32,000 bases of DNA from Candidatus Bathyarchaeota archaeon (GTDB taxonomy: Archaea; Thermoproteota; Bathyarchaeia; JAPDIZ01), in assembly GCA_029259355.1 (NCBI GenBank), contig JAPDIZ010000003.1, positions 1,272 to 33,271 of the forward strand. The letters are read 5' to 3'. Of the stretch, positions 25,112 through 32,000 are shown piece by piece. The notes beneath the pieces are model-generated. The model had not been told where the DNA came from. It worked only from the letters and a program-made list of their open reading frames with translations, and did not search any database. The first letter of the stretch is position 1. Each line of letters starts with the position of its first letter. The position numbers were made by a program, and so were the translations under genes.

Positions 25112-25724
25112 CCTCAGCTTCCCCCAAAAACCAAGAGATCAACTTATGCACTCTCGCTTCGCAGCTTGCGCAAAAGTACGGGGATTTTGCGTCGGTGTCG
25201 AGGATGCTGTTTGAGAAGAACATCACGCAATTCGAGTTAGTGCAGTGAGTGAGGCCAAAGGTGTGGCCAATTTCGTGCACTGCTTCCTTAACCGCTCTTT
25301 CCTTGAACAACGAAGCATTGGGTGGTTCTCCGTAAAACTCGGGTCGTAAGCGATGTAGCGATATCAGCGCAGACCTACCTGGGCACTTAGCTTCTCCGAA
25401 TACGAAGTTTAGGTATGGTACGTATAGATCTACGTCTATGACGCCCAAAACCCTGAGGACGCGCAGGTCTCTAGCTACGTGATCTACCCACGTCAGTATC
25501 TTGGTTGCGTGAAACTGCTGGCGATGAGGGTTGTATGCTTCCCTAAGGGGAGGAGAAACTTCTTCCAGAATAAGGGAGCTGAGGTCATCTCTGCTGAGAG
25601 CTTTGGAGAGCCCATCCTTAATGGCGTATAGCACTTGATGGTCTATCGTCCCTAAAGGGAGAATAGCTATGGCTGGAGCGATGGAGAAGCTATATTCTGA
25701 ACGTATCACCAGCTTTTGGGACAT
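25098..25724 (-). CDS. amzA: Archaemetzincin (zinc metallopeptidase)
   Basis: HEIGHTFGLTHC zincin motif, followed by the Cys4 site CTNSNC...CASC typical of archaemetzincins. Overlaps the upstream beta-CASP gene by 35 nt and the convergent rpl38e by 14 nt. Confidence 0.85.
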   Translation of the reverse strand: MSQKLVIRSEYSFSIAPAIAILPLGTIDHQVLYAIKDGLSKALSRDDLSSLILEEVSPPLREAYNPHRQQFHATKILTWVDHVARDLRVLRVLGVIDVDLYVPYLNFVFGEAKCPGRSALISLHRLRPEFYGEPPNASLFKERAVKEAVHEIGHTFGLTHCTNSNCVMFFSNSILDTDAKSPYFCASCEARVHKLISWFLGEAEAKVL

Positions 25725-26958
25725 GCACCTCTAGCCCCAGCTCTTGCCTTGCGTACTCCGCGAGTATTTCGCAGTTTCCCTCAGCTCCGTGGACGACAAA
25801 CACCTTTGGGCTTCCCTTCACGCTCCCAAGAGCTTTTTTGAGCTCTGTGCTGCCGCAGTGAGATGAGAAGTCGAAGTGCTTGACATCTGCTGACACCTTT
25901 TTCTGCCTCCCCTTAATCAGCGCTATCTTCTTTTCGAGAAGAATTCTTCCCGGGGTGTTTGGAAGCTGGTAGGACACCAAGAATATCGCGTTGTAGGGCT
26001 TCTCAGCTATCTTCTGGAGGTAGAAGGAGGCTGGCCCACCTCTAAGCATCCCAGCTGGAGACACTATGACGCCAGGTTTCTTCACAGCGATTCTCCTGTC
26101 TCGCCAGCTTCCCACCTCTATGCACTGAGAGATCGCTGACGAAAGCAGCTTAGGATCTCTCAAGTACTTTGGGTGTCTTAGGAGGATTTCGTTGGCTTCT
26201 CTAGCCATCCCGTCTACGGTAACGGGGTATTCGAACTGGTAGTGCTCAAAGATGCAGAGAACTTCTTGAGCTCGCCCAACCGAAAAAGCCGGGATGAGTA
26301 CTGTTCCCCCACGTTCAACGACTTCCGTAACCTCTTCTATAAACTCCTTCTCGAGCGCTTCTCTGTTGGGGTGGTCTTGGTCTGCGTAGGTGCTCTCTAT
26401 CACGATAGCGTCTAGCTCTTCCTTGAAGTATTTAGCAGGTCTTAGCAGCCTCGTGGGTATTGTGTTGAAGTCGCTGGTGTATAGTATGCGCTTTCCCTCC
26501 GCTTCGATGAGCACTTGGCTACTTCCTGGAATATGTCCTGCGTTGAGCAGCTTAAACGAGACATCCCCCACCCTCACCCACTTTCCATACTCTACGGGGA
26601 TGGAGCTCTCAACCATGGTGCGTAAATCGACGTACTCGTATGGGAGGTAGTACCCCGATAGGTGGATGAAGTCTTTGATGAGTAGTTCAGTGAGCTCTAT
26701 GGTGACTGGGGTAGCGTACAGGGGCTTTTTGCCAGTTATGTAGAAGATGGGCGCTCCTCCCGAGTGATCTAGGTGTGCGTGTGAGACGATTATGGCGTCT
26801 ACTTGCTTCGGAGGAATGTGCATAGGGAAACCTGGTTCCCTCTCAATGAGTACTCCATAGTCCACCAGTACGCAGGATTTCTTGGTAGATATAGCTAGAG
26901 CTGATCTACCGACCTCCTTAGTTCCTCCAAGAAACTTGAGCGTAACCACCGAAGCCAC
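25690..26958 (-). CDS. Metallo-beta-lactamase / beta-CASP ribonuclease (aCPSF2-like)
   Basis: 422 aa with the VSHAHLDHSGG motif, beta-CASP-type spacing and a C-terminal H motif (VHGAEG). There are no N-terminal KH domains, so it is the short aCPSF2/RNase J-like form. Confidence 0.8.
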   Translation of the reverse strand: MASVVTLKFLGGTKEVGRSALAISTKKSCVLVDYGVLIEREPGFPMHIPPKQVDAIIVSHAHLDHSGGAPIFYITGKKPLYATPVTIELTELLIKDFIHLSGYYLPYEYVDLRTMVESSIPVEYGKWVRVGDVSFKLLNAGHIPGSSQVLIEAEGKRILYTSDFNTIPTRLLRPAKYFKEELDAIVIESTYADQDHPNREALEKEFIEEVTEVVERGGTVLIPAFSVGRAQEVLCIFEHYQFEYPVTVDGMAREANEILLRHPKYLRDPKLLSSAISQCIEVGSWRDRRIAVKKPGVIVSPAGMLRGGPASFYLQKIAEKPYNAIFLVSYQLPNTPGRILLEKKIALIKGRQKKVSADVKHFDFSSHCGSTELKKALGSVKGSPKVFVVHGAEGNCEILAEYARQELGLEVHVPKAGDTFRI

Positions 26959-26960
26959 CT

Positions 26961-28619
26961 CTATCTCCCAACGGCTTCTCCCAAGCGAGAGGAGAGGTAT
27001 TCGATTAGCTTTTCGTGCTCTCTCTCGGGCTCCACGTTAACAACCTCTGCTCGAATACCTCTATCCGCCATCCACTGACAGAGAAGCTCCGCTCTCTTCT
27101 CGTCTAGGATAGGCGGGTTTGGTACTATAAAAACTGCTGAGTACCCTTGGTTAGAAGCGTACTTAAGCATAGAGCGCAGCACCCTATTCCTCCACACAAC
27201 CTTCAGACCTTGACTACACTCGTGCTGAGAGAGGGGATACGTCTCGCAGAGCTCGATGGGCACAAGGTCGAGGGGGGATGCGTACACCACTACATGGACT
27301 CGATCCAGCCTCTTCCTCTCAATACCCTTGAGGATGTTCTTCACCCATTTGGAGCGGTTGTATGGCCTTCTGCTGGGCTCTGGGATCAGGAGAAGCACGT
27401 CTCGAGCCAAGGGCCTTCGATACCTATTGAACAGCCTTTTGAGGTGTCTGTACACCTCTGGGCGGTAGATGCTTTCTCTACTCACGAACAGAAGGCCCTT
27501 TGGCTTTGCGATAGGAGTCCCCTTCTCCAAGTGCTTTACGTACTTGATCACTTTTTTGAGTGCTTGAGCCATAGAAGGGTGGCTCCTAGCCCTAACCTCT
27601 AGGTGCTCCCAGAGCCTGCCCTCCACAATAGCCTGCTTTATCCGGTTGAGCTCCTCTCTACACACGAACAGGTTGTGCTCAGCTAGCTTCTCATACCTCT
27701 CTCTCTGTGGAAGCTCGAGCAGATCCTTCGGCTCCATTTGCGTGCATATTGGGCAGCTGCAGGGGAAGTAGGTTAGCTCACTCAACCACTGAGTACCCCA
27801 AGGCGTTATGTACCTCCCCTCGCGCGAGTATATGGCGTATGCAGCTGAGTCGAAGAGGTCGCATCCCAAGGCAACAGCTAGCGAAAACATCATCGGGTGT
27901 CCTGCGCCGAAGAGGTGAAACGGTTTTGCGGGGGAGACGTTCAGCTTTGCAGCCATAATCATATCTACCAATACGTCGAACATGTAGTTCTCCATCACTG
28001 TGGTCGGGCTTCCCAGAGCGACTATGTGGTAGGGGAGTGAGTCCATGAACTTTGCGCACTGGCTAACGAGGTCAAGCCGCGTTCCCCCCTGTATGGGAGC
28101 GACCCACAGCACATCTTCTCTGGTGCGGATTTCAATAGCTTCCTTAGCTCTCCTCATGGTTTCGTTTACGGAGTACTCGACCTCTTGAGGACCCGCCTTC
28201 CAAGAGGTTGGTATATCGAGTATTACGCCTATGTCGGTTGAGATCTCTTCTTGATATTGGATTATTTCTTGCTGCTCGATGGGTATCTCGCCGTATACGA
28301 GTATCTGGTAAGCGCCTGAGTCAGTCATCACAACTCCTGGAAAACCTAGGAATGCGTGGATACCCTTTTCCCTAACCCTCTGGCTATGCGGGCTCTTGTA
28401 CAGAAGGTACGCGTTGGCTATTACCGCTTCAAAGCCAAATTCTTCGAAGATTTTCGCAGGGGGTATGGGCTGGACTGCTGGGTTTACGACGGGGAGCATA
28501 GAGGGTGTTTCCAGAACTCCAGATTTGGTCTCTAGCCTACCTATTCGAGCAAGAAGGTCTCGGCGTTCGACTTCGAAGACGCCTTCGAACTCTCCGCTGC
28601 TTGCTCTACTCAAAGCCAC
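26961..28619 (-). CDS. tgtA: tRNA-guanine(15) transglycosylase (archaeosine TGT)
   Basis: FEVERRDLLARIGRLETKSGVLETPSMLPVVNP...VMTDSGAYQ...LFGAGHP...Zn site CSCPIC, with C-terminal extra domains. I start at GTG 28619, 1 nt after the upstream stop. The track's 27-aa longer version overlaps the Sm gene. Confidence 0.88.
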   Translation of the reverse strand: MALSRASSGEFEGVFEVERRDLLARIGRLETKSGVLETPSMLPVVNPAVQPIPPAKIFEEFGFEAVIANAYLLYKSPHSQRVREKGIHAFLGFPGVVMTDSGAYQILVYGEIPIEQQEIIQYQEEISTDIGVILDIPTSWKAGPQEVEYSVNETMRRAKEAIEIRTREDVLWVAPIQGGTRLDLVSQCAKFMDSLPYHIVALGSPTTVMENYMFDVLVDMIMAAKLNVSPAKPFHLFGAGHPMMFSLAVALGCDLFDSAAYAIYSREGRYITPWGTQWLSELTYFPCSCPICTQMEPKDLLELPQRERYEKLAEHNLFVCREELNRIKQAIVEGRLWEHLEVRARSHPSMAQALKKVIKYVKHLEKGTPIAKPKGLLFVSRESIYRPEVYRHLKRLFNRYRRPLARDVLLLIPEPSRRPYNRSKWVKNILKGIERKRLDRVHVVVYASPLDLVPIELCETYPLSQHECSQGLKVVWRNRVLRSMLKYASNQGYSAVFIVPNPPILDEKRAELLCQWMADRGIRAEVVNVEPEREHEKLIEYLSSRLGEAVGR

Positions 28620-28620
28620 T

Positions 28621-29046
28621 CTATTCCTTGGAGCGCTCTTTGACGAACTCCTCGTAAACCTTCTGCACCCTTTCAGCAGCTGGTCCAGAGCCTTCCACAA
28701 TACCCTTCTCCGTCACCCTAATCTTGTCCATAACTACGATTACACCAGCCTCTTCGTGTAGCCGAACCATCTTCGGGAAAACTCTTTCGAGCCTTTCCGC
28801 TAACCCCTTAAGATCGAAGGGCTCTTCCTCAACGCATACGTTAACGATGTTGTTGCCGTTGATGAATAGGCGTGGAAAGCGGTTTTCGCCAACGACAGCG
28901 TCTCCCAAGCATAAGCTAAAGGTCTCTGGGTCGAAGCCCAGTAGTGTACCCCTAAACTCCCTTCCATCAGACGTTATTACACAGACGCTTTTTTGAAGTA
29001 GAGCATTCAGCTCTTCGGTAAAGCGTCGAGCAGCCAGTATTGACAT
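28621..29046 (-). CDS. Sm-like archaeal protein with C-terminal extension (SmAP3-like)
   Basis: The N-terminal Sm fold pattern is LLQKSVCVITSDGREFRGTLLGFDPETFSLCLGDAV...INGNNIV. A ~70-aa additional domain follows. At 141 aa it is comparable to crenarchaeal SmAP3. Confidence 0.7.
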   Translation of the reverse strand: MSILAARRFTEELNALLQKSVCVITSDGREFRGTLLGFDPETFSLCLGDAVVGENRFPRLFINGNNIVNVCVEEEPFDLKGLAERLERVFPKMVRLHEEAGVIVVMDKIRVTEKGIVEGSGPAAERVQKVYEEFVKERSKE

Positions 29047-29072
29047 GGCTACACCATCTCGAGGGGTGGGTG

Positions 29073-29080
29073 TTTATACA
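29073..29080. promoter_or_regulatory. TATA-like element in the divergent region between the Sm-like gene and the TFB paralogue
   Basis: TTTATACA is centred ~30 nt upstream of the Sm-gene ATG (29046). This is consistent with a leaderless Sm transcript. Confidence 0.35.
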
Positions 29081-29254
29081 TGCGCAACATCCTCATAAGT
29101 TTTGGGTTGTTACTTTTACCCACCTCTCTATCCCTCGATGCATAGATTTTCCCACATTTGGGAAAGACTAGGAAGAATATCGAAAAATCTGTTCTCAAAA
29201 TACTTATTTGCACCGCAAAAGCCGTTATCCCTGTACAGCCTTGGGGGCAACGCC

Positions 29255-30193
29255 TTGGAGGATAGGAAATCGCTCTGCTGCGAAGAATGCGGAGGAGTGC
29301 TTGCATTCTCCAGCTATGAGCTTGTGTGTAGCAGGTGCGGCCTCGTCCACCAGCGCGAGCTTGTGGATGAAAGCCGAGAATGGGTTGCTGCACCCATTTC
29401 GACGCAGCTTGGTACGCTCCCCCTAAGCAAGGGCTCAACTTGGTTTAGAGACAGCTCTGGCAAAGTGCTTCACCCAGCTCAGCAGAGAGCTGTCTCCAAG
29501 CTAGTAGCTGTGCAGAGAGCATTGGGTTTCAACAGAGACTCAGAGCAGAGAGCATTGACAGCTTTGAAGAGAGCTGTGGAGTTCTTTGGGCTTCCGAAAA
29601 CGTTGCTAGACGAAGCAGCGTATCTATACAAAAAGGCTAGCAGAGCTAGAAGGGAGAGAATAACCAGCACCACCCTAGCTGCACTATGCTTCTACTTAGC
29701 AACTAGGAGCATAGCAGATAGGAGGAGGATAACCCCTTCCGACGTGGTTTCGTGCTTCAGAAAGCTAGGCTATAGGGTCACGCTACATAGGTTTATGCTC
29801 GCGGAAGCAGCTTACAGAGGAGTGCTTAGGAAATACTTTAGAGTGTGGAGAAGCGAGGACTACATCAAGTCCGTGGTTGACAAAGTGGTGAACCACCCCC
29901 TCGTCGTTCAGAAGCTTGAGAAAAACAGGCTAAGCATAGTGCATTTTCGAATCTCCCTTGTCAACGAAACCGAATCGATCCTCTCAAAAATAGACAAGTA
30001 CGAGAGAGGTGGAAGAAACCCCTACGCAGTAACTGCGTGCGCTGTTTATGCTGCTGCAAAGGTTTTGCAAAGGAAGGGCTGCGGAGTAGCGATACCAGCT
30101 AAGTGGGTATCAGACTGCACAGGAGTTGCTGAGTACACGCTTCGAGAGCACTACATCGAACTCTTCAAGAGAATCATACTCGATACGGCTTAG
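29255..30193 (+). CDS. Divergent transcription factor B (TFIIB-like) paralogue
   Basis: Zn ribbon CEEC-x12-CSRC, then ESREW (compare GPEWR). Two cyclin-like repeats follow (LPKTLLDEAAYLYKKA...LAALCFYLATR; NPYAVTACAVYAAAKVL). The C-terminal HTH-like GVAEYTLREHYIELFK resembles the TFB motif GV.E.TIR.RYKEL. The ORF is open back to 29102 (TTG) and 29138 (ATG). However, 29047-29230 is markedly AT-rich and uses codons unlike the rest of the window, so I favour TTG 29255 (MEDRKSLCCEEC). Confidence 0.7.
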   Translation: MEDRKSLCCEECGGVLAFSSYELVCSRCGLVHQRELVDESREWVAAPISTQLGTLPLSKGSTWFRDSSGKVLHPAQQRAVSKLVAVQRALGFNRDSEQRALTALKRAVEFFGLPKTLLDEAAYLYKKASRARRERITSTTLAALCFYLATRSIADRRRITPSDVVSCFRKLGYRVTLHRFMLAEAAYRGVLRKYFRVWRSEDYIKSVVDKVVNHPLVVQKLEKNRLSIVHFRISLVNETESILSKIDKYERGGRNPYAVTACAVYAAAKVLQRKGCGVAIPAKWVSDCTGVAEYTLREHYIELFKRIILDTA

Positions 30194-31074
30194 GAGGCTA
30201 GAGTACAGAGCTTCTCGAGAGTCATGCCACCTCTCCAAAGAGTAAGCTTTCTCAACATCCCTTCATAAACTACCTCCTCCCCTCCATCGTCGACCAAAAC
30301 CAGCTTCTCCACCCGTATGACAACCAAGACCTCCACGTCACTCTTGGGTACTACCTCTGTGGCAACCTGCACCTGAAGAGCGACTCTCCTATCGCTTGCG
30401 CGAGCCACAGCAGCTTGCGTGTGCTCGGCAACCCTAGCCCTCACCCAGCTCTCGATTTCTTCAGCTGAGGCGAAGACGCAATCTAGCTCAGCGAGTATGC
30501 GCCCAACCCCCTTCAAATACTCCTCAGATAACCTCCACAATAAGAAGTAGCGCACTCTACTTGGGAAGACTACGTTGAGGCAACGCTCCAAAGACGCTTT
30601 CGTACACCTTTCCTCCAGCGAAACCCTGACTCTTGCCGAGACGAAAAGCCCCCCAGAAACCCCATCCTCTCCTAGCGCCTTGGCCAATACGAGGTCGAAA
30701 GATTGGTCTACATATTCCTCGATACGTAGATCCACCACATCTACTTCAGCAGCTATTCCTTGGCTAGCTAACCACTGCTCAGAAGCAAAAAGCCACTGGC
30801 TGATGCGGGAAGCGACCTCCCTCTCTAAGCTCTGCGGAGGCTCTCCCAGCTCCCCCATCTCAATAGCAGTAACCAAAACAGTTTGACGCATCATCCTAGC
30901 GGTGGTAAACAGAGCTTGATAGGAGTACAATCTGAGCGAGTACATCGAAGAGCGCAGCATAGCCCCTCTCGATATCTGAACAAGACATCGTGTCTGGGCA
31001 AGCGAAGATGAGAGAGCTGAGACACCCAGTATCAGAACAGCAATCGTCCAAACCACTGCGTGCCTCTTTCTCAT
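30190..31074 (-). CDS. Hypothetical N-terminally anchored or secreted protein (294 aa), family unknown
   Basis: The long ORF starts MRKRHAVVWTIAVLILGVSALSSSLAQ, a basic head followed by a hydrophobic helix. Its ATG overlaps the upstream ORF's stop (ATGA). No domain recognised. Confidence 0.5.
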   Translation of the reverse strand: MRKRHAVVWTIAVLILGVSALSSSLAQTRCLVQISRGAMLRSSMYSLRLYSYQALFTTARMMRQTVLVTAIEMGELGEPPQSLEREVASRISQWLFASEQWLASQGIAAEVDVVDLRIEEYVDQSFDLVLAKALGEDGVSGGLFVSARVRVSLEERCTKASLERCLNVVFPSRVRYFLLWRLSEEYLKGVGRILAELDCVFASAEEIESWVRARVAEHTQAAVARASDRRVALQVQVATEVVPKSDVEVLVVIRVEKLVLVDDGGEEVVYEGMLRKLTLWRGGMTLEKLCTLAS

Positions 31075-31487
31075 ACCCCTACCCTACAGACCAAGACTAG
31101 GTAGTTGCCGTCCAAGCAGTACATCAGGTAGCGAACCTCGCCCCACTCCACCTGATCGAAGCACCCCACACTAGCTACGATGCTGTCGCCGCTGTAGAGC
31201 GCTACTCCACATGAGTAGCTCTTTGGGCAGATAGCTAGTATCTCACAAAGAATGGGCTTGGTATCTTCTCCCAACAAAAAGGCGTGGACAAGTTTGCTCA
31301 TAAATCCCTTGGACTCCGCCACCAGTACTACATTTGACGCAACCAGCTCGTACTTGGGGCTCCTTAAGTGGTTGTAGTAGAAGGCGTTTGGCGGGGATTG
31401 ACTTGCTACCGCTATCGCAAACGCTAATGTTAGAAGCAGAGCAGCGGCTGCGTCGGCAAGCACTACATAACCTCGCTCACAACCCAA
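31071..31487 (-). CDS. Hypothetical Cys-rich protein with an N-terminal hydrophobic segment (start uncertain)
   Basis: Same frame as track ORF 31071-31649, but the first ~55 codons overlap the better-looking ORF 31477-31791. In-frame TTG 31487 (MGCERGYVVLADAAAALLLTLAFAIAVASQ...) or GTG 31463 would give a signal-anchor N-terminus. The mature part has 7 Cys. Confidence 0.35.
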   Translation of the reverse strand: MGCERGYVVLADAAAALLLTLAFAIAVASQSPPNAFYYNHLRSPKYELVASNVVLVAESKGFMSKLVHAFLLGEDTKPILCEILAICPKSYSCGVALYSGDSIVASVGCFDQVEWGEVRYLMYCLDGNYLVLVCRVGV

Positions 31488-31791
31488 TGTACGAAACCTC
31501 AAATTGCCCACCCTCTTCGATGCGCAGGACTGGTAGAGACAGCTGACAAGGTCTCTGCAGACCGCAATCGAAGTGCTCAGAAACCACAAAATCGTAGCTA
31601 TTTGCTGTGACAGGGTCTTTGTAGCAGTTTTCTTCGAGTTGCTCCACAAGAGAGGCTTCTGCTTGTGCTTCCTCGCACAAAGACTTAACAGTGGTCATCC
31701 CAAGCGCTGTGCCCAAAAGAGTAATCAAAGAAATCCCCAACGACGCTAGCAGCAGTAGAAGAGAGAAGCTCGTGCGAAGCACCTCTACCAA
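31477..31791 (-). CDS. Hypothetical small protein with an N-terminal TM/signal segment (104 aa)
   Basis: The TTG start (TTGGTAGAG, M-V-E) matches the first nine nucleotides of the upstream ORF's start. The hydrophobic segment is FSLLLLLASLGISLITLLGTALG, followed by an acidic, Cys-containing domain. It overlaps the upstream stop by 7 nt. Confidence 0.4.
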   Translation of the reverse strand: MVEVLRTSFSLLLLLASLGISLITLLGTALGMTTVKSLCEEAQAEASLVEQLEENCYKDPVTANSYDFVVSEHFDCGLQRPCQLSLPVLRIEEGGQFEVSYIGL

Positions 31792-32000
31792 CCCCCAGCA
31801 CTACAGCAGCTGATTAAGCCCAAGCGAATTTCCAGAGCCTTCGCTAAGCTCTTTGAAGAACTCCAAACTGCTTCGTCCACTACCCTAACTAGCTGCGCTG
31901 CTGAGCTTGAAACGCTGGAGGACGTGGCTAACGATAGAGAGATCAGGATAAGCCCTACGACCACCCACACCACATACCTCGTCTTAGACTCTACCAATAT
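31785..32000 (-). CDS. Hypothetical small membrane-anchored protein, possibly 5'-truncated by the window edge
   Basis: The reading frame is open to position 32000. The first start-like codon is TTG at 31997 (MVESKTRYVVWVVVGLILISLSLATSSS...). Its N-terminal core resembles that of the 294-aa ORF. Confidence 0.35.
   Translation of the reverse strand: MLVESKTRYVVWVVVGLILISLSLATSSSVSSSAAQLVRVVDEAVWSSSKSLAKALEIRLGLISCCSAGGW

Noticed and set aside
28620-28700. 27-codon N-terminal extension of tgtA
   Set aside because: It overlaps the 3' end of the Sm-like gene. ArcTGT homologues begin close to the FEVERRD segment, and a GTG is available 1 nt after the upstream stop.
1-32000. CRISPR arrays, transposases or integrases, toxin-antitoxin pairs, known defence systems, and in-frame stop recoding (Sec/Pyl)
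   Set aside because: No spaced direct repeats and no recognisable mobile-element or defence-protein motifs appear in any of the listed ORFs. All homology-supported genes are uninterrupted, so there is no evidence for recoding.

Overview
This is a very compact archaeal chromosome segment. Nearly every base is coding, and many neighbouring genes overlap by 4-35 nt. Almost all genes are housekeeping information-processing genes:
- tRNA and RNA modification or repair: RtcA, Taw1, Trm5, TruD/Pus7, ArcTGT, EndoV, Pth2, aCPSF2-like beta-CASP RNase, SmAP3-like Sm protein, translin, Alba.
- Translation: SepRS, AspRS, aEF-1beta, L40e, L38e, diphthine synthase, NOG1 GTPase.
- Replication, repair and proteostasis: FEN1, Ogt, CDC48, proteasome beta, PIMT.
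- Cofactor and nucleotide metabolism: RbkR-type riboflavin kinase, RibL FAD synthetase, class III anaerobic RNR.
- Two tRNA genes: tRNA-Val(CAC), and tRNA-Lys(CUU) with an apparent non-canonical intron.

The gene set (L38e, SmAP3-like Sm protein, Alba, non-canonical tRNA intron, NrdD, SepRS) suggests an anaerobic TACK/Thermoproteota-like archaeon. That is inference only.

I saw no CRISPR array, transposase, integrase or recognisable defence system. Most of the window is ordinary core genome. The only part that looks accessory or uncharacterised is the last ~3 kb. It holds a divergent TFB paralogue behind an unusually long AT-rich upstream region. Convergent with it is a string of four translationally coupled ORFs (30190-32000, running off the window edge). 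These encode N-terminally anchored, Cys-containing proteins with no family I can recognise.

Secondary points of interest are SepRS in this lineage context, the intron-containing tRNA-Lys, and a candidate RbkR/RibL regulatory arrangement. In addition, all six convergent gene junctions have overlapping 3' ends.
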